Below, piece by piece: positions 29,725-40,282 of a stretch of DNA of 64,000 nt. The stretch lies in the NCBI GenBank assembly GCA_963664395.2, contig OY761159.2, positions 2,432,001 to 2,496,000 on the forward strand, given 5' to 3'. This DNA is from Candidatus Binatia bacterium. GTDB lineage: Bacteria > Desulfobacterota > Binatia > Bin18. The notes below the pieces were generated by a model. It searched no databases and had not been told where the DNA came from. It saw only the letters and a program-made list of their open reading frames with translations. The position numbers were made by a program, and so were the translations under genes. How positions within the stretch are numbered: the first letter of the stretch is position 1; every line of letters begins with the position of its first letter.

Positions 29725-29865
29725 TGCCTGAAAAATAAGCAGAGAACTGGGGATTAGGGACTGGGAGTTAGGAGTTGGGGATGTTGTAAAAAGGAATTTC
29801 TGAAAGAGCGGGGGTGGGTTACACCATTTCTCGTTAGTGGCGAGCGGCTTGGCATAGCATATGCT
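29725..29865 (+). promoter_or_regulatory. sigma54 promoter (29850-29865) with upstream NtrC-like site (29725-29741)
   Basis: TGGCAT-AGCAT-ATGCT; TGCCTGAAAAATAAGCA (TGC-N11-GCA). Confidence 0.65.
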
Positions 29866-29930
29866 CTCTATCAGGCTGGGACTCCGCCCGACTAAGGGAC
29901 AGGAGCGTATACTTTTGGGAGCGCGAGCGC

Positions 29931-31385
29931 ATGGCAAGTTTTGATGATTACGACACCGGTGGATTTTACGATGAAATGTTTCTGCCTGACGGGGTCCCCC
30001 GGCCGGAAGCGGCCCTCTTGGCGCAGTTGATCGGCTCGCTGCCGGACGGCGAGATGAACCGCCGCCAACAGGCTGCCGAACGCGCCCTGCTCCATATGGG
30101 CATTACCTTTAATGTCTATGGCGATAAGGCTGCGGCCGAAAAAGTCTGGCCGTTTGACGTGCTGCCGCGCATGATGCAGGCGTCTGAGTGGGAATGGATC
30201 GAACGCGGCCTCAAGCAACGCATCCAGGCGCTCAACCTGTTTCTCGACGATGTGTATCATGATCAAAAGATCGTCAAAGACGGGATCATTCCGCGCGAGA
30301 TTATTCAGTCGGCCAGCAGCTTCCGCCCGGCCTGCGTCGGACTCAATCCGCCGAATGGGGTCTGGTGCCATATTACCGGAACCGATCTGGTCCGTGACGG
30401 AGACGGACAGGTCTACGCGCTCGAAGATAATTTGCGCTGTCCGTCCGGCGTCTCCTATGTGCTGGCCAACCGCGAGATCATGAAGCGGACCTTTCCCTCG
30501 GTCTTTGAGGCGTCCCACGTCCTGCCGGTCGATGATTATCCGAACCGTCTGCTCGACCTCCTCTTGCAACTCTGTCCCGATTATATTCAGTCGCCCAGCG
30601 TGGCGGTGCTGACCCCTGGGATATATAACTCGGCCTACTATGACCACTCCTTTCTGGCCCAGCAGATGGGGGTGGAACTGGTTGAGGGACGGGATCTGGT
30701 GGTTGTCGATGGGACGGTCCAGATGCGGACGACCAAAGGGCTGGAGCGAGTTGACGTCTTGTATCGTCGCATTGATGACGACTTTCTTGACCCCCAGGTG
30801 TTTAACCCCGATTCGATGCTCGGCGTACCGGGCCTCTTCGAGGTCTACAAAGCCGGGCGTATCGCCGTGGTCAATGCCCCCGGAACCGGGGTTGCGGATG
30901 ACAAGGTCGTCTATGCCTATGTCCCCAAAATGATCAAATACTATCTGGGCGAGGACAATATCATTCCCAACGTCCCGACCTATTTGTGCTGGGACGAGAA
31001 AGACCTCCAGTATGTCCTGGCGCATCTGGACAGCCTGGTGGTCAAGGCGGCCAATGAGTCCGGGGGGTATGGCATGCTGGTCGGTCCGCACGCCTCAGAA
31101 GAAGCGCGGGCGCAATTTGCCCGACTGATTCAGGCCGACCCGCGCAATTATATTGCCCAGCCCACGCTGGCCCTGTCTCGTGCCCCGATTCTAGCCGAGG
31201 AGCGGTTTGTCGGGCGGCATCTCGATCTGCGCCCGTTTATTTTATACGGCAAGGATATCTATGTGTTACCCGGCGGGCTGACGCGGGTTGCGCTGCGGGA
31301 AGGCTCGCTTGTCGTCAATTCTTCTCAGGGCGGCGGCAGCAAAGACACCTGGGTGGTCCCCGCTGTCGCGCCGTCTACTGAGTAG
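29931..31385 (+). CDS. Circularly permuted type 2 ATP-grasp protein
   Basis: [84 protein letters not shown]. Confidence 0.92.
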   Translation: MASFDDYDTGGFYDEMFLPDGVPRPEAALLAQLIGSLPDGEMNRRQQAAERALLHMGITFNVYGDKAAAEKVWPFDVLPRMMQASEWEWIERGLKQRIQALNLFLDDVYHDQKIVKDGIIPREIIQSASSFRPACVGLNPPNGVWCHITGTDLVRDGDGQVYALEDNLRCPSGVSYVLANREIMKRTFPSVFEASHVLPVDDYPNRLLDLLLQLCPDYIQSPSVAVLTPGIYNSAYYDHSFLAQQMGVELVEGRDLVVVDGTVQMRTTKGLERVDVLYRRIDDDFLDPQVFNPDSMLGVPGLFEVYKAGRIAVVNAPGTGVADDKVVYAYVPKMIKYYLGEDNIIPNVPTYLCWDEKDLQYVLAHLDSLVVKAANESGGYGMLVGPHASEEARAQFARLIQADPRNYIAQPTLALSRAPILAEERFVGRHLDLRPFILYGKDIYVLPGGLTRVALREGSLVVNSSQGGGSKDTWVVPAVAPSTE

Positions 31386-31407
31386 AGAGAAAGCGAACTG
31401 AAAGCCT

Positions 31408-32416
31408 ATGTTGAGTCGTGTTGCTGACTCGATCTACTGGATGAGTCGCTATATCGAACGAGTCGAGAATGTCGCCCGTTTTATTGATGTCAATCTGTTG
31501 ATGATCCTCGATCTCCCGGCCGGGTCGTCTGAACAGTGGGCGCCTTTGGTCAGCGCCACTGGAGATGATACCCAATTCAAGGAGCGTTACGGCACGGCCG
31601 GCCGGGAGCGGGTCATTCAGTTCCTGGCCTTTGATCGGGAGAATCCGAACTCGATTGTCTCCTGCTTACGCGCGGCGCGGGAAAGCGCGCGTTCCGTGCG
31701 TGAGATCATCTCGTCTGACATGTGGGAGCAGATCAATACCTTTTACCTGATGGTCAACGAAGCCGCGGCGGCAGAGCAGGGTATTGAGTCTCCGCACGAT
31801 TTTTTTCATCAAGTGAAACTGGCTGGTCACCTGTTTGAGGGAGTAACGGATGCGACGTTATCACACAGTGAGGGTTGGCATTTCTGCCGGGTTGGACGAC
31901 TCTTGGAACGGGCGGACAAGACCTCGCGCATTCTCGATGTGAAATACTTTATTCTCCTGCCGGCCGTTTCCGATATCGGTACGCCCTTCGACAACATTCA
32001 GTGGGCGGCGGTCTTGCGTTCGACCAGCGCGCTGGAAATGTTCCGCAGACAATACCACCAAATCTCGCCTGACAATATTATTGATTTTCTCGTGCTCGAT
32101 CGCGAGTTCCCGCGTGCCATTCATTACTGTCTGGCCCAGGCGCAGGACTCGTTGCACGCGCTTTCCGGGACGCCGGCCGGTACCTTTCGGAATCCGGCCG
32201 AACAGCACTTGGGCCAACTCCGCGCCGAACTCGCCTATATCGGAGTGAAACAGATTCTCAACCAGGGACTGCATGAATTCCTTGACGCGCTGCAAACCAA
32301 ATTGAATCTGATCGGAGACGGGATTTTTGAGACCTTCTTTGCCCTGCGGCCGATTGGTGGGACGGAGCGTACAACGTCACCCCCCCCAAGGAATCTTCAC
32401 AGGAGGCAGAACATGA
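31408..32416 (+). CDS. Alpha-E domain protein (as sequenced it reads through into the downstream peptidase because of a C8 run)
   Basis: MLSRVADSIYWMSRYIERVEN.AR, ARESARSVRE, LLERADKTSRILDV, FPRAI; C7 at 32380-32387 would give a TGA overlapping the next ATG (ATGA). Confidence 0.85.
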
Positions 32417-32772
32417 CGTTTTGTCTAGGGATGAATCTGCAAGGCGGGTTGGTTGGGATTGCCGATACGCGGGTGATTGCCGGCAATGAACGCATCACGG
32501 CCCGTAAAGTGTCTGTGTTCCAGAAAGAACGCCGGGCCATGTTTCTCATGAGTTCCGGGCTGCGCTCGGCGCGGGACAGCCATCGGATCATCCAGCACCG
32601 CTACGAGAAGGAAGACCTCCAGGACCTGTCCACCGTTTGGCAGGAAGGGCTGCGGCGCTCGATCAATAATCTATCCGCCGACTGGGTTGAGCACGCCTTT
32701 GACAAGCTGGCGCTGCCGGCCGACAACCCCAGCCTGCTGTTACCCGCGCCCAACGGGGCGGACCGCGTGTAA
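32413..32772 (+). pseudogene. Anbu-like proteasome-type (Ntn) peptidase with a large in-frame internal deletion
   Basis: AGGAGG RBS; MTFCLG...GLVGIADTR...SGLRS start joined directly to the C-terminal HRYEKEDL...W segment; only 119 aa. Confidence 0.72.
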
Positions 32773-32795
32773 ACCCTTACCCCTCCCGCTGGGGA

Positions 32796-32970
32796 CTGGA
32801 TGCCGGGTCACGCCCGGCATGACGTTGAGCTGTCCCGTCCGTCATTCCTGCGCACGCAGGAATCCAGCGTTCGGCACGGCGGCGCGGTCGCGGGTAGGCT
32901 GCGGGCAAGATGCCCGCGCTCCCAGGGAGGGCAATCCCGTAGGCCGGATTAGCCGGAGGCGTAATCCGAC
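32796..32970. repeat. Cluster of REP-like palindromes
   Basis: CTGGATGCCGGG..CCCGGCATGAC, GTCATTCCTGCG..CGCAGGAATCCA, GCGGGCA-AGA-TGCCCGC, GTAGGCCGGATTAG..TAATCCG. Confidence 0.65.
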
Positions 32971-33587
32971 GGCCCCCGGGCGACAGGGAGTCCGTTGAAA
33001 AAGTCCTTCAAATCGATGAAGGAGTTGACCGATTTCTTGAGATTCGCAGCCATCTGGTCCTCCACGTTTGCCGCTTCTACACGTATCCCCTTCCGACGCA
33101 ATTTCTCCGCAAGATAGGCAAAATCCTGATCGCCTGTCACCAATATTACCACGTCCGGGTTGACATCGATTGCGAACTCCAAGGCGTCCATGGCCATCAA
33201 AACATCAACGTTGGCCGAAAAATGGGGGTTCCCATCCTCGTCACCATCGGTTCGCTTGCCATGATGCACGACGGTCATAATCCCGTTGTGCTCTAAAACG
33301 TCTTTTGTCTTGTGCATTGCATCCGTGACGTTTCTCCAATTCGGCGGCATGTCCCTCACGTCAGGGGGGAAGCCGAAATAAACGACCATTTCGATCAGCA
33401 TTCTGTCTTTGTCGGGGTCGGCCAGATACTTTTTCAATTTAATGAGATCTGCAAACCGTCCTCGCGATTGCGCCGCGTGGTAGAAGTTCGCTTGGTCAAC
33501 GAAGATCATGACTCTTTGCATCAATGCTCTCTCCTCTTGATACATCTCCTCAGGCAGGGAGACGGTTTGCAGAGATTGTTCAACCAC
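32949..33587 (-). CDS. NYN domain (LabA/DUF88) protein; start uncertain
   Basis: IFVDQANF, ANVDVLMAMD, ILVTGDQDF..L...LRRKGIRVE, LKKSVNSFIDL. Confidence 0.85.
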   Translation of the reverse strand: MVEQSLQTVSLPEEMYQEERALMQRVMIFVDQANFYHAAQSRGRFADLIKLKKYLADPDKDRMLIEMVVYFGFPPDVRDMPPNWRNVTDAMHKTKDVLEHNGIMTVVHHGKRTDGDEDGNPHFSANVDVLMAMDALEFAIDVNPDVVILVTGDQDFAYLAEKLRRKGIRVEAANVEDQMAANLKKSVNSFIDLKDFFNGLPVARGPSDYASG

Positions 33588-33740
33588 AATCTATCTTGCT
33601 TGTAGTGAGAACAAAACGAGTATAGCCCATAAGAGGCGCATCTTTTTGGCCAAGTAGAATGCAGGTTAATAGCAACGAATGCCCTCGTTTCAACGGTTGG
33701 TTGAGCCGTTTGGAATCCCTGGACTAAACAATACGCGCGG

Positions 33741-34613
33741 CTACGGCATGCGCTCCACGGTTACGGCAACGGCAAGGGTATGGCTGCCACCGCCAACAAT
33801 GACGCCCTTCAATGGGGTCACGTCACTGTAGTCCCGGCCCCAAGCGACGGTAATATGTTGATCGGTGGGAATGCTATTATTGGTGGGATCAAAATCTATC
33901 CAGCCCTGCCCAGGACAATATACCGACACCCAGGCATGAGAGGCAGCGGCACCAATGAGTTGGCCGTCCGGCGCAGAGGTTTCGAGATAGCCGCTGACGT
34001 AGCGCGCGGCAATGCCCTGGGCACGCAAACAGCCGATAGCCACATGGGCAAAATCCTGACAGACGCCTCGGCGATGCTGGAGCACTTCGTCGAGTGGCGT
34101 CGAGACTGTTGTCGCGTCGGGTTCGTAGGTAAACTCCTGATAGATGCGCTGCACGAGGTCGGCCACGGCTTCCAAGAGCGGTCTATTCGGAACAAAAGAC
34201 GCCGCCGCGTACGCGGCCAGCGCAGCACTGCGGTGGACCAAGGGCGAGTCGAGCAGGAATTGTCGAGCTTCGATCCCTTCCGGACTGGTGTCTCCGGCCA
34301 CGGCTTGGCGCACCTCTTCCCACACAAGAGAAGCCCAGAGCCAGCGTGCTGCGGCCTGCACGATCAGGACCTCGCTCTGGGCGGTTACTGATAACGTCAC
34401 ATGTGGTTCTTGGACGGCAAAATATGTGACTCGATTCCCGAAAAAATCTTCCCGGTCTCGATAGACCGTAGGCGAAGGCTGAATGCGGAGCTGCCCGTGC
34501 TCGTACTGTTGCCGCGGTGTGGAGCGAGGGAGTAGGTGCGCCTCGTTCTGGCACTGCGAAACCGACACATTATAGCGGTATTCAGTGGTGTGGGTAATGC
34601 GATAGCGTATCAT
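33741..34613 (-). CDS. Transglutaminase-like protein with bacterial N-terminal domain
   Basis: YRITHTTEYRY, DFFGN, GVCQDFAH, ARYVSGYL, SHAWV, FDPTN, AWGRDYSDVTPLKG. Confidence 0.92.
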   Translation of the reverse strand: MIRYRITHTTEYRYNVSVSQCQNEAHLLPRSTPRQQYEHGQLRIQPSPTVYRDREDFFGNRVTYFAVQEPHVTLSVTAQSEVLIVQAAARWLWASLVWEEVRQAVAGDTSPEGIEARQFLLDSPLVHRSAALAAYAAASFVPNRPLLEAVADLVQRIYQEFTYEPDATTVSTPLDEVLQHRRGVCQDFAHVAIGCLRAQGIAARYVSGYLETSAPDGQLIGAAASHAWVSVYCPGQGWIDFDPTNNSIPTDQHITVAWGRDYSDVTPLKGVIVGGGSHTLAVAVTVERMP

Positions 34614-34634
34614 CGTGAGGTAGGGCGCGTTTAC

Positions 34635-37175
34635 TCATTTTGCCGTCAACTGTTGCTGCACTTCAATATGGCTGAAATAGTCACGACTCAAGGTCTCCGA
34701 CAGCGCGAGCAAGCGCGTGCTTAGGTCGGCAAACAGTTGGCCCAGCGTCTCATCCATGTCTGCGTTCCAGTTGGACTGAGAAAATCGTTCCATGTCTGTC
34801 ACCCGTAAGGTCGTGAGCGCCTCCAAAACGATACGTTCTTCTGCGCTGTAGTGTGGCAGGGTCTTCTTGCGAGGCAGACCAGCCATCTGGTCCTGTATTT
34901 GAACGAGTTGGTACCCAACCGAACGTGGGTTGCTCTCGTCGAGCAAGAGCAGGTCCAACACGGCCCCGGCCTCTGTGGCTGACGCGTAGCGACGCCGATA
35001 CGTCATCAGGCTGTCGGTCATGGCCAGCACCATCTCCCAGACGACTTTTTCCGTCTCGTGCGGCAGCTCACAGCCCGTCCGCAAGAGGTTGAGCGTATAC
35101 AGCGCCCGTTCCAGCCGCCGTCCGATTTCCATAAACCGAAATCCGTGGCCGCGGGCCATGCTTTCGGTATTCAAACCGTTTACCGAGGCCAGTCCGATAA
35201 TCAGGCCTTCCAGGCTTTCGAGCATCTCACTCAAAGACTTGACCTGTGGTAACTCGCGGTCAAGCCGGTTTACTGCCCGCCAGGCATCATCAGAGAGCCG
35301 GTCGCGCGCGGCCTGCCCGGCGCGGAGTAAGGCATTCAGATGAAAACGCAGACTCCCAGGTTGATCGGCGTCCAGAATCGTCGCGAACAATTCCTTCTCG
35401 GCAATAGCAAGCCGCCGTTGCTGCCCGTACCCGACAAACCGCAGATAAGTAGTGGTGCTGTGGGTGCAGGCCGAAAGGAAGGCCGAGAGGGAGGTATCAT
35501 ACCGCGTGGTCTCGGTATCCAGCACACGCTGGAGGACTTCGCGAAAGACGCGGGCGCCCCCAGCGGTCCGTTCGACATAGCGTCCGAGCCAGAACAGATT
35601 ATCCGCCATCCGGCTGGGCACTTCCCCCCCGCTTCGAGTAATCGCCACGGAGTGCTCAAGAGCCGGGATGAGGCTGAACTGACTTTCGGGCTCTGAGGCA
35701 AGAATCCAGGTATCCTTGCTCAGACCACCGGCCTGACCGGATACCTGCCAACTGTCCGCAGTCGGCGCGACCCGCGTCAGCCCGCCCGGCATGGCCACAT
35801 AGCCATCGTCTCGGGAGACCAGGAAACTGCGCAACACCATGGGCCGTGGCTCTAAGCGGTCTCCGGTAAACACCGGTGTTGTCGATAACGCCACCTGTTC
35901 CTGGCCGACAAAGAAGTGGGGACGAGCCCTGATGTGCTGAATAAGGCTGTCGCGTTCTTGGGCGCTCAACTGTGCGCCATAGACGGTTGCCGTACCGGGG
36001 AGAGGGAAGACGGGTTTGATGACCAGTTGTTCGATATGGTCCACGACATATGCCAGCGCTTGTTCTTCGCCGCACCACCAGGTGGGGACCGAGGCCAAGC
36101 GCAGATCCTGCCCAAGTAAAACTTTGGCGACCCGGGGCAGATAGGCCATCAGTCCGGGGTTTTCGAGTACGCCGCTGCCCAGCGGGTTGGCAACCATGAC
36201 ACTGTTATTTCTCACTGTCTGGAGCAGACCAGGAGGGCCTAACAGCGACTCTCGGTGTAATTCCAAAGGATCACAAAAAGTGTCGTCCACCCGCCGGACG
36301 AGTACGCCAACCGGTTGCAGTCCGTCTACCGTCTTCAACCAGAGGTGGCCATCGCGGACCGTCAGGTCGTCTCTCTGGACGAGCGCATAATCCAGATAGT
36401 TGGCCAAATAGGCGTGTTCAAAATACGTTTCGTTCTGCGGACCGGGGGTTAAGAGAGCCGTCCGGGTCTGGGATTGGTGGGGCGGTGTCAGGGCGGCTAA
36501 GGTCGAGCGCAGGGTTCGGAAAAAAAGGGACAAGCGGTGGACCTGAGCGTCTCGATACAGGCTGGGTAGAACCCGCGATAACACTAATCGATTTTCCAGG
36601 GCGTAGCCGGCTCCGGACGGCGCCTGCGTCCGGTCATCCAGCACCCTGATTGTGCCATCGGGAGCCCTGGCCAGGTCGGCAGCGTACAGGCACAGATACC
36701 GGGCCGGCGTAGGCAGTGCTCCGTGACAGGGGCGCAGGAAACCGGGATGGGTATAGATCAACTCGGGCGGGAGCAGGCCGTCGCGAATGAGTTGCTGTGG
36801 ACCATACAGGTCCGCTCCGATGAGATTGAGCAGTTCTGCCCGCTGCACGAGGCCCTGTTCAATAGTCCGCCACTCTTGGCTGCTGAGGAGTGCGGGTATG
36901 ACGTCAAGCGCCCACGGCCGCGTGCGTCCCTGTGTGTCCGTATAGACGTTGTAAGTAACCCCATTTTCGCGCAAGACTTGTTGCACTTCGTCCCGCCGGC
37001 GACCCAGCTCTTCCCCGCCCAGAGCACTGAAAGCGCGCGTGGCGTATTGCCAGTGGGGGCGTACAGTGCCTGGGGCTGAACACATTTCATCGAAGCGGGC
37101 TGATGACACGGGATAGTGGGCCAGCGCATCGCCAAGCGTGTCTCTCCGAACACCGGTCTCCGCGGACTCAGGCAT
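34635..37175 (-). CDS. Circularly permuted ATP-grasp / alpha-E fusion protein
   Basis: NGVTYNVY, DRTQAPSGAGYALENR, LTPGPQNETYFEH, PGGLTRV, SKDTW, then PSRMADNLFWLGRYVER and DESNPRSV. Confidence 0.9.
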   Translation of the reverse strand: MPESAETGVRRDTLGDALAHYPVSSARFDEMCSAPGTVRPHWQYATRAFSALGGEELGRRRDEVQQVLRENGVTYNVYTDTQGRTRPWALDVIPALLSSQEWRTIEQGLVQRAELLNLIGADLYGPQQLIRDGLLPPELIYTHPGFLRPCHGALPTPARYLCLYAADLARAPDGTIRVLDDRTQAPSGAGYALENRLVLSRVLPSLYRDAQVHRLSLFFRTLRSTLAALTPPHQSQTRTALLTPGPQNETYFEHAYLANYLDYALVQRDDLTVRDGHLWLKTVDGLQPVGVLVRRVDDTFCDPLELHRESLLGPPGLLQTVRNNSVMVANPLGSGVLENPGLMAYLPRVAKVLLGQDLRLASVPTWWCGEEQALAYVVDHIEQLVIKPVFPLPGTATVYGAQLSAQERDSLIQHIRARPHFFVGQEQVALSTTPVFTGDRLEPRPMVLRSFLVSRDDGYVAMPGGLTRVAPTADSWQVSGQAGGLSKDTWILASEPESQFSLIPALEHSVAITRSGGEVPSRMADNLFWLGRYVERTAGGARVFREVLQRVLDTETTRYDTSLSAFLSACTHSTTTYLRFVGYGQQRRLAIAEKELFATILDADQPGSLRFHLNALLRAGQAARDRLSDDAWRAVNRLDRELPQVKSLSEMLESLEGLIIGLASVNGLNTESMARGHGFRFMEIGRRLERALYTLNLLRTGCELPHETEKVVWEMVLAMTDSLMTYRRRYASATEAGAVLDLLLLDESNPRSVGYQLVQIQDQMAGLPRKKTLPHYSAEERIVLEALTTLRVTDMERFSQSNWNADMDETLGQLFADLSTRLLALSETLSRDYFSHIEVQQQLTAK

Positions 37176-37236
37176 ATCCCCTCCTCCGATTGCCCATTAT
37201 CGTATGTGTACGCAGCCTGGCAACCTTCTACCCCGT

Positions 37237-37281
37237 CCAGGTTTGCCAGGTTTGCCAGGTCTGCCAGGTCTGCCAGGTCTG
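37237..37281 (+). repeat. 9-bp tandem repeat CCAGGT(T/C)TG x5
   Basis: Directly visible, intergenic. Confidence 0.9.
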
Positions 37282-37308
37282 GTGTGAACGTTGTGCAGGA
37301 TTTGCAAG

Positions 37309-38424
37309 CTACACTTTTGCGGTATAGCGGTTGGTGTCATACAAGCGCTCAAGGTCTACGGTGTTGAGCCCGCCGACGGCTTGACTGAGGGGGACCAGGC
37401 TGAGCCGGCAGGTTGGGCCAATGCCCTGCGCACTGACCATCTGCCCCCAGTCGCCGCGCAGCACGGCTTCGACGGCTGTCGTGCCAAACATCCGCCCCAT
37501 AATCCGGTCCAGCGCCGACGGACTGCCGCCGCGCTGGCTATGGCCGATTACCAACTCGCGTGAATCAAAAGGCGTGTCGCGGCGAATCCGGTGGGCGAGT
37601 TGACTCCCAATGCCGCCCAATCGTTCATGCCCGAATGCATCCCGGCTGGCATCCAGGGTCACCACGCCCTCCTCATCCGCGTGGGCGCCTTCGGCCGCCA
37701 CAATCACCGCATAGCGGGGGTAACGCCGGTCCTGCTCGCCACGCGCCAGACGTTGGGTCACCAATTCATAGACCCGTTCGTAGGTAAACGGATACTCGGG
37801 GATCAGGGTCAGGGTCGCGCCCCCGGCGACTGCACTCCACAGGGCCAGATGACCGGCATGCCGGCCCATGACCTCGACTACCTGCACCCAATGGTGCGAG
37901 CCGGCCGGGGTGCGCGCCTGCTCGATGATACTGGTGCAGTTGCGCAGGGCGGTATCAAACCCCAGGGTGTAGTCGGTGTGGCTGAGGTCTTTATCAATCG
38001 TTTTCGGAATGCCCACCACCTGGCAGCCCTTTTCACTCAGCCGGTGCGCCACGCCCAGGGTATCTTCTCCGCCCAAGGCGATAACAGCATCCAGGCCAAG
38101 CCGGGCGATATTGGCCAGGACTTCATCCGACCGGTCGTGGGGACGATTGTGCGCACTCGCATCGTCCGGCACTGTCACGCGAAACGGGTTGGTGCGCGAC
38201 GAGCCCAGATTGGTGCCCCCATCGCGGTCCCAGCGCCGAACCTGGTAATCCTCCAGCCGCCCGGCCTCGCCGACCCCTGCGTCGAGTAAACCGTACCAGC
38301 CATCGGGCAGCCCCAGCACTTCCACGCCCTCGGCTGTGGCCCGATAGACAATCGCCTTGAGCGCCGGGTTCAAGCCTGGGGCATCGCCCCCGCCCGTTAA
38401 CACTCCAATTCTTCGTATGCGCAT
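37309..38424 (-). CDS. pfkA: 6-phosphofructokinase, probably PPi-dependent
   Basis: LTGGGDAPGLN, GGTNLGSSRTNP, GGEDT, PKTID, EVMGRHAG. Confidence 0.88.
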   Translation of the reverse strand: MRIRRIGVLTGGGDAPGLNPALKAIVYRATAEGVEVLGLPDGWYGLLDAGVGEAGRLEDYQVRRWDRDGGTNLGSSRTNPFRVTVPDDASAHNRPHDRSDEVLANIARLGLDAVIALGGEDTLGVAHRLSEKGCQVVGIPKTIDKDLSHTDYTLGFDTALRNCTSIIEQARTPAGSHHWVQVVEVMGRHAGHLALWSAVAGGATLTLIPEYPFTYERVYELVTQRLARGEQDRRYPRYAVIVAAEGAHADEEGVVTLDASRDAFGHERLGGIGSQLAHRIRRDTPFDSRELVIGHSQRGGSPSALDRIMGRMFGTTAVEAVLRGDWGQMVSAQGIGPTCRLSLVPLSQAVGGLNTVDLERLYDTNRYTAKV

Positions 38425-38459
38425 GCTTACCTCGTACTGTGAACCCGTCTATCTGCGTG

Positions 38460-39941
38460 CTAAAACTTCAACGTCGTCTCAATATAGCCGAAATTGGCGC
38501 TATCGTCGGGATAGATCTGGTCCACGATGCTGTCGCCAAAGACGTGGGCAAAAAAGACGTTGATGTTGATGTGCTTGTTCAGGTTGTAGCTGAGGCTGGT
38601 CTCGATAATCTGAAACAGGTCCCGCTTGCCAAAGGTCGGGCGGCCGACAAAGCCGAAGCCGGCCTGCCGACCTCCCAGGGTTGCGCCAGCACCCTGGTAC
38701 CACAGGTCGTTCTTCTCGCTGACGCGAATATAGTGAAAATCCGTGCGCCAGACCAACCCTTCGAGCGGCCGCAGCATGAGTTGGAAAAAGATGTCTTCGT
38801 TATTCATCAGGTTATAGAAGGTCGAAAAGGAATAGACCCGGGCGGTCGGCAGCATCTGGAAAAAGGTGTCGTGGTCGCCGTCGTTGGGGTCGTCGTCACC
38901 CGAACTGAGGTTGTAGCCAATACGGAACCAGGGTTTCCACGGCAGCCCGCTGGGTTGCCAGCCGGCCTCGGCGGCAAACGCCCAGCCGTTGTGGTCTTGG
39001 CTACCCCAGTCGCCGCCCTGCACCACGCCCCAGCCCATCAGGTCAATCGGGCCGGCTCCGGTCGGCACGACATGAATCAGGTGGCCGCCGCCGGTGTTGA
39101 TAGCCAGGTGCCGGCGGTTGCGGACGGCGGCTGGCCGGTTATCGGTGGGCCGTAGATTCCGCCCGTCAGCGTAGTAGATGTAGAACAGCCGCGCGTCGGT
39201 CGTCTTGGCGAACTCGGGCCGGGTGAGGTTGAAGCCGGCGTACAGGATGTCGATATCGTCAATGGTCTTATTACCGGCCAGGTCAAAACCGGCCTGGGTC
39301 GGATGGGAGCCGTGCAGCGTAAAATTGTAGGCGTCCTTGGTCCAGCTCAGGGTGAAGCCGTCATACGAACGCCCGACGTGGGACCAGCCAAAGGGGCCGA
39401 GCAGACGCTGCGAGATGCGCATTTTCTTGACCCAGTCGATGGTGGGGTCCTTGCTCAGCACTTCCGCGCCTTCGGCGATCGAGTGCCGCCCGCCTCTCAG
39501 GCTGAGGCCGGGCACGCCGAGTTGCTTCAGGGTCAGGTGGGCCTGTTTGAGAAACACGCTGGCATCGCTCTGACGACGATTATGGGACAGATAGACGGGA
39601 CCCAGGCCGAAGGCGCCCTGCGGGGCGGGAGCGCTGGCGTCATCGGGCAGGCCCATCAGGGCCGTGTTTTGCGCCTCAAGGTGCAGGTCGAACAGGTCCT
39701 GCTGCCATTTCAGGCCCAGCTTGGCCACGGTGGCCGCATAGGCATACGATGAATCGCCCGAGGGGCCTTTGAACCAGTCCCAGAACTCGCCCCGCGCGCG
39801 CAGGCTGGCGAAAACTGACAGCTTTGGGGAAATCTGGGTGATTGGGACTTCGGCCTGAAGCGGAGTGGGCCATACAATAAGGAGCCAGAGGACGAGCAGC
39901 AAGGGACGCTGGATGAGAGCAGATGCCTTCCGATAGGTCAT
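38460..39941 (-). CDS. Alginate-export (AlgE-like) outer-membrane beta-barrel protein
   Basis: Signal peptide, alternating beta strands, SGDDDPNDGDHDTFFQMLPT, terminal Phe. Confidence 0.75.
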   Translation of the reverse strand: MTYRKASALIQRPLLLVLWLLIVWPTPLQAEVPITQISPKLSVFASLRARGEFWDWFKGPSGDSSYAYAATVAKLGLKWQQDLFDLHLEAQNTALMGLPDDASAPAPQGAFGLGPVYLSHNRRQSDASVFLKQAHLTLKQLGVPGLSLRGGRHSIAEGAEVLSKDPTIDWVKKMRISQRLLGPFGWSHVGRSYDGFTLSWTKDAYNFTLHGSHPTQAGFDLAGNKTIDDIDILYAGFNLTRPEFAKTTDARLFYIYYADGRNLRPTDNRPAAVRNRRHLAINTGGGHLIHVVPTGAGPIDLMGWGVVQGGDWGSQDHNGWAFAAEAGWQPSGLPWKPWFRIGYNLSSGDDDPNDGDHDTFFQMLPTARVYSFSTFYNLMNNEDIFFQLMLRPLEGLVWRTDFHYIRVSEKNDLWYQGAGATLGGRQAGFGFVGRPTFGKRDLFQIIETSLSYNLNKHININVFFAHVFGDSIVDQIYPDDSANFGYIETTLKF

Positions 39942-40142
39942 TTCGGTGTATCTGGTGTGTTCTGTAGAACTGCTTAGGCATCGTATCATTACTCTCTCCT
40001 CCTCGTCTGTATGCTTTGCCCAGCGCTTCGGTAGAGCAAAACAGGCTAAGCAATGTTGGAGTCAAACACAAGATACGGGAGCGCGTGTGTTCCTGATCCT
40101 TGCGCGGCTTGCGAATGTAGAAAAAGGGGACGCTATTTGACT

Positions 40143-40272
40143 GGAAAAGAGAGGGAGGGGCGGGGGCGGTTGGAGGGACAACCGCCCCCGGGGCAGCCTA
40201 GAAGAGAGTGGAAGGAAGGGCAACTCTCTTCATCAAGCTCAATCAAGAGCTCTGATTCACACGTAGGTAACT
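40143..40272 (-). ncRNA. Candidate sigma54-dependent sRNA/leader with C/U-rich (anti-SD) loops
   Basis: Three consecutive hairpins (40232-40256, 40201-40231, 40161-40190) immediately downstream of a sigma54 promoter; loops CCCUUCCUUCC and UCCCUC. Confidence 0.6.
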
Positions 40273-40282
40273 AGGTAACAAG

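Noticed and set aside
31408-32772. 454-aa alpha-E-peptidase as a natural fusion
   Set aside because: The peptidase has its own AGGAGG RBS and Met-Thr start; a one-base change in the C8 run restores an ATGA overlap
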